Positions 45,888 through 48,842 of a stretch of DNA of 48,842 bases are shown here, in pieces (the stretch's first letter is position 1; every line of letters begins with the position of its first letter). The notes below the pieces were generated by a model. It worked only from the letters and a program-made list of their open reading frames with translations. It was not told the origin of the DNA and did not search any database. The position numbers and the translations under genes were made by a program. This DNA is from Draconibacterium orientale. Lineage in GTDB: Bacteria; Bacteroidota; Bacteroidia; Bacteroidales; JAADGE01. The stretch spans positions 1-48,842 of the forward strand of contig DYMH01000006.1 in NCBI GenBank assembly GCA_020721645.1, written 5' to 3'.

Positions 45888-48833
45888 TTAAATATTTAAA
45901 GCCTGATATAATATTTCTACCGGGTGTAGTGCTTTCCTGTCAGTGCCGTGTTCTATTTGATGGCGGCAACTTGTTCCGGAAGCCGCTATAATATCACTTT
46001 TGTTCAAATTTCTGATATATGGAAATAGTACGGTTTCTCCAATCTGCATCGACAATTCGTAGTGATTTTTTTCATATCCGAAAGCTCCTGCCATGCCGCA
46101 ACAACCGGAAGGAATTTCCGTACATCGGTAATTTTCCGGAAACGATAAAATAAATTGTGTCGGATTTCCTTTCGATAAGGCTTTTTGATAACAATGTCCG
46201 TGAAAATATAAGTCTTTATTTTCTTTGTGAAATTTATTTTTGCTGATGTTTCCGTTCTTCATTTCTTGCTCTAAAAATTCTTCTATGGTATAACTTTGTT
46301 TGGAAAGATTCAGTGCACTATTCAATAATTTTTTTTCATGGGGGTTATTCGGATTAAAGAAATCGATATATTCATCACGAAGAGTTAAAATTGTAGAGGG
46401 TTCAATACCCACAATCGCTGTTTCATTATCATTCTGCGATTCAAAAAAAATTATATTCGCTTCGGCGATTTGTTTTGCCTTTTTTACAAATCCTTTTGAA
46501 AGATATGTTCTTCCGCTTTCTTTAATCGGTATAATCCGAACCTGATAATCGAGCTTTTCGAGTAACAATAGTGCTGTTATGCCTATTTCTGAATCCGTCG
46601 TATTAGTAAATTCATCGGCAAATAACCAAACATTTCGACACGTGGAGATTTCTTTTGGTTTATTTTTTTTGTGATATTTCTCTACATTTATTTTCGAGAT
46701 TTTTGGTAATTTTCTTCTATCTGTAAAACCAAATTGGCGTGCTAAGAGTTTGCTGATAATTTTATTTTGAATAATAAAATTCGAGATTGCAGGCATTCGC
46801 GACATGATTCTGAATATTTGTCCAAAATTTGCAATAAAATGGCTTCTGAGTGGTGCACGATAGTGTTTGTAATATCCTTGCAAAAATTCCGCTTTTAATT
46901 TCGTAATATCTACATTCGACGGACATTCTGATTTGCAGGCTTTACATGAAAGGCAAGTATCCAGAACATTGAAGAGTTCCTTATTTTTGTACGGCTCATT
47001 GTCTTGCGAAAGTATTTCGCGAAGTAAATTGGCTCTGCCTCGTGTCGAGTGTGTTTCGAGTCCCGTTGCTTTGTACGATGGGCACATTGTTCCGCCCGAA
47101 TTTATCGGTTTCAGACAATCGCCTGAGCCATTGCATTTTTCGCTTGCAGACAGAATGCTTCCCGTTTTTGCGAAACTGAAAATTGATTTATAATTCGGAA
47201 TTTCGCGGTCGGCTTCGTATCGCAGAAAGCTGTTCATGGGTGGAGTATCTGTAATTTTTCCCGGATTAAAGATGTTTTCGGGGTCCCATGTTTTTTTTAT
47301 CTCTTTAAAAACAGAGTAAATTAATTCGCCGTACATCAAGAGTATAAATTCTCCGCGAAGTCGCCCGTCTCCATGTTCTCCGCTCAACGAACCCTTATAT
47401 TTTTTTACCAGCATGGCTGTTTCAAAAGCAAAATCATGAAATATCTGCACTTCTTTTGATTTCTTTAAATCAAGTATCGGACGCAAATGCAATTCGCCCG
47501 AACCGATATGGGCGTGATAAACGCAATTCAAGTGATATTTATCGAGTAAGATATTAAATTCAGTGATATAATCTTTTAATTTTGAAGGATTTATTGCGGT
47601 GTCTTCCACCAAACTGACCGGTGAACCCGCATCGGGAAAGTTGGATAATAAGCCTAAACCCGCTTTACGAAAATTCCAGACTTTCTCGATCTCCGAACCA
47701 TATACAACTGAATAATGATAGGGCAGGCGAGATTTTTTTAGCTCATTTTCGGTTTTATGTATCAAAAAGTCTAATTCTTCGGGTGATTCTGCCAAAAACT
47801 CAATAATCAACAAAGCTTCCGGATTGCCTTTTATAAAGAATCGGTTTTCGTTTTGCTCTTTATTTTTGAGTGCGGCATCTAATATTTTTTTATCGCTTAG
47901 TTCTATGGCGGTTGGGTGATTTTTCAGTGCAATAAGATTTGCATCGAAAACGTCATCGAGTTTAGTAAAATGAGGAATTAAAAGTGCTTTGTGTTTTGGA
48001 GGAAGAGGCAAAAGATTTAGGCTGATTTCGTATATAAATGCCAAAGTTCCTTCTGAACCTGCAATAAATTGTGCGAAATTAAATTGCCTCTCGCAGCCGG
48101 TGAAAACAGAAGTATTGAGTAAAATGTCGAGTGCATAACCTGTATTTCGGCGTTTAATGTCCCTGTCGGGGTATTCTTTTTCTATGGATTCTGAAATTTC
48201 CTTTTGGGTCAATATTTTTTTTATCGAACGATAGATTTTGCCTTCAAGTGAATTGAGTTTACATTTTGTTTCAAATTCCTCAGCCGACAGCTTACCAAAT
48301 TCCGCAACGCTGCCGTCTGCTAAAAAAACTTTTACAGATTCAATATGGTCGCGTACACTGCCATAGACAAGCGAATGGAGTCCACAGGCATTGTTTCCTA
48401 CCATTCCGCCCAAGGTACAGCGATTGGCGGTTGATGTTTCGGGGGCAAAAAATAATCCAAACGGCTTGAGATATTGATTCAAATCGCTCAAAATCAAACC
48501 GGGCTGAATTGTTACTTGTCGTTTAACTTCATTTATGTGCAAAATTTTATTTAGATGTTTAGAAATATCAACAACAATACCCGGACCGGTAACCTGCCCG
48601 GCAAGCGATGTGCCTGCTCCTCGAGGTATTAATGAAATGTTTTCGCGAATCGCAAATTCTATTAATACACGTAAATCATCATTTGTTTGGGGAACAGCAA
48701 CAGTTGCCGGAAGTTCTTTGTAAGCGGAGGCATCGGTTGAGTAAAGTACCCGATGTGTTTCATCGGTAAATAATTCGCCTTCGAGCAAATTTCCAAGTGT
48801 GATAAATTTGTCGTGCAAAAATAAATTTAGCAT
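45888..48833 (-). CDS. FAD-binding plus Fe-S oxidoreductase (YdiJ / GlcD-GlcF-like)
   Basis: PRGAGTSLAGQ, GSEGTL, SGEHGDG, CNG.G.C, MCPS, CLSCKACKSECP, CCGMAGAFG. Confidence 0.92.
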   Translation of the reverse strand: MLNLFLHDKFITLGNLLEGELFTDETHRVLYSTDASAYKELPATVAVPQTNDDLRVLIEFAIRENISLIPRGAGTSLAGQVTGPGIVVDISKHLNKILHINEVKRQVTIQPGLILSDLNQYLKPFGLFFAPETSTANRCTLGGMVGNNACGLHSLVYGSVRDHIESVKVFLADGSVAEFGKLSAEEFETKCKLNSLEGKIYRSIKKILTQKEISESIEKEYPDRDIKRRNTGYALDILLNTSVFTGCERQFNFAQFIAGSEGTLAFIYEISLNLLPLPPKHKALLIPHFTKLDDVFDANLIALKNHPTAIELSDKKILDAALKNKEQNENRFFIKGNPEALLIIEFLAESPEELDFLIHKTENELKKSRLPYHYSVVYGSEIEKVWNFRKAGLGLLSNFPDAGSPVSLVEDTAINPSKLKDYITEFNILLDKYHLNCVYHAHIGSGELHLRPILDLKKSKEVQIFHDFAFETAMLVKKYKGSLSGEHGDGRLRGEFILLMYGELIYSVFKEIKKTWDPENIFNPGKITDTPPMNSFLRYEADREIPNYKSIFSFAKTGSILSASEKCNGSGDCLKPINSGGTMCPSYKATGLETHSTRGRANLLREILSQDNEPYKNKELFNVLDTCLSCKACKSECPSNVDITKLKAEFLQGYYKHYRAPLRSHFIANFGQIFRIMSRMPAISNFIIQNKIISKLLARQFGFTDRRKLPKISKINVEKYHKKNKPKEISTCRNVWLFADEFTNTTDSEIGITALLLLEKLDYQVRIIPIKESGRTYLSKGFVKKAKQIAEANIIFFESQNDNETAIVGIEPSTILTLRDEYIDFFNPNNPHEKKLLNSALNLSKQSYTIEEFLEQEMKNGNISKNKFHKENKDLYFHGHCYQKALSKGNPTQFILSFPENYRCTEIPSGCCGMAGAFGYEKNHYELSMQIGETVLFPYIRNLNKSDIIAASGTSCRHQIEHGTDRKALHPVEILYQALNI

Positions 48834-48842
48834 GTCCTATTT

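Noticed and set aside
112-48723. Many 60-160 aa antisense or off-frame ORFs (e.g. 19587-19982, 20499-20993, 28449-28871)
   Set aside because: Shadows of real genes with no independent motifs; the repeated ones simply mirror the wzt stubs.
1-48842. tRNA, rRNA, integrase or transposase genes
   Set aside because: None recognisable by eye; tRNAscan, Infernal and HMM searches would be needed to exclude them formally.

Overview
AT-rich Bacteroidota (Bacteroidales-like) chromosome segment, almost all on the minus strand. The right half (27.2-48.8 kb) is ordinary housekeeping DNA: recO, porZ, rdgB, queA, truB, uppP, DUF3098, ftsX, rsgA, xth, murF-alr fusion, a flavin disulfide reductase homolog and an FAD/Fe-S oxidoreductase. 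The left half (1-27 kb) is an ABC-transporter-dependent surface polysaccharide locus (wzt, wecE/wecD-like, GT2 and GT4 glycosyltransferases) interrupted by about 12 small cassettes: AbiEii-family nucleotidyltransferase TA pairs, PIN TA pairs, AAA_14/DUF4143 ATPases and an AlbA_2 protein. The main observation is that the cassettes are punctuated by about 15 truncated, diverged copies ('stubs') of the first 60-200 nt of conserved polysaccharide genes: NAD-epimerase start x4 plus a partial, GT2 'KLSIITVNLNN' start x5, wzt start x3, a second GT2 start x1 and a GT4 start x1. In three places the pattern is stub - cassette - intact gene. No integrase or transposase is present in the window. This suggests a cassette-accretion process that uses gene starts as recombination anchors. 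The anchors show a C-rich-entry / G-rich-exit strand asymmetry. All family assignments come from motif recognition by eye; no database search was run.
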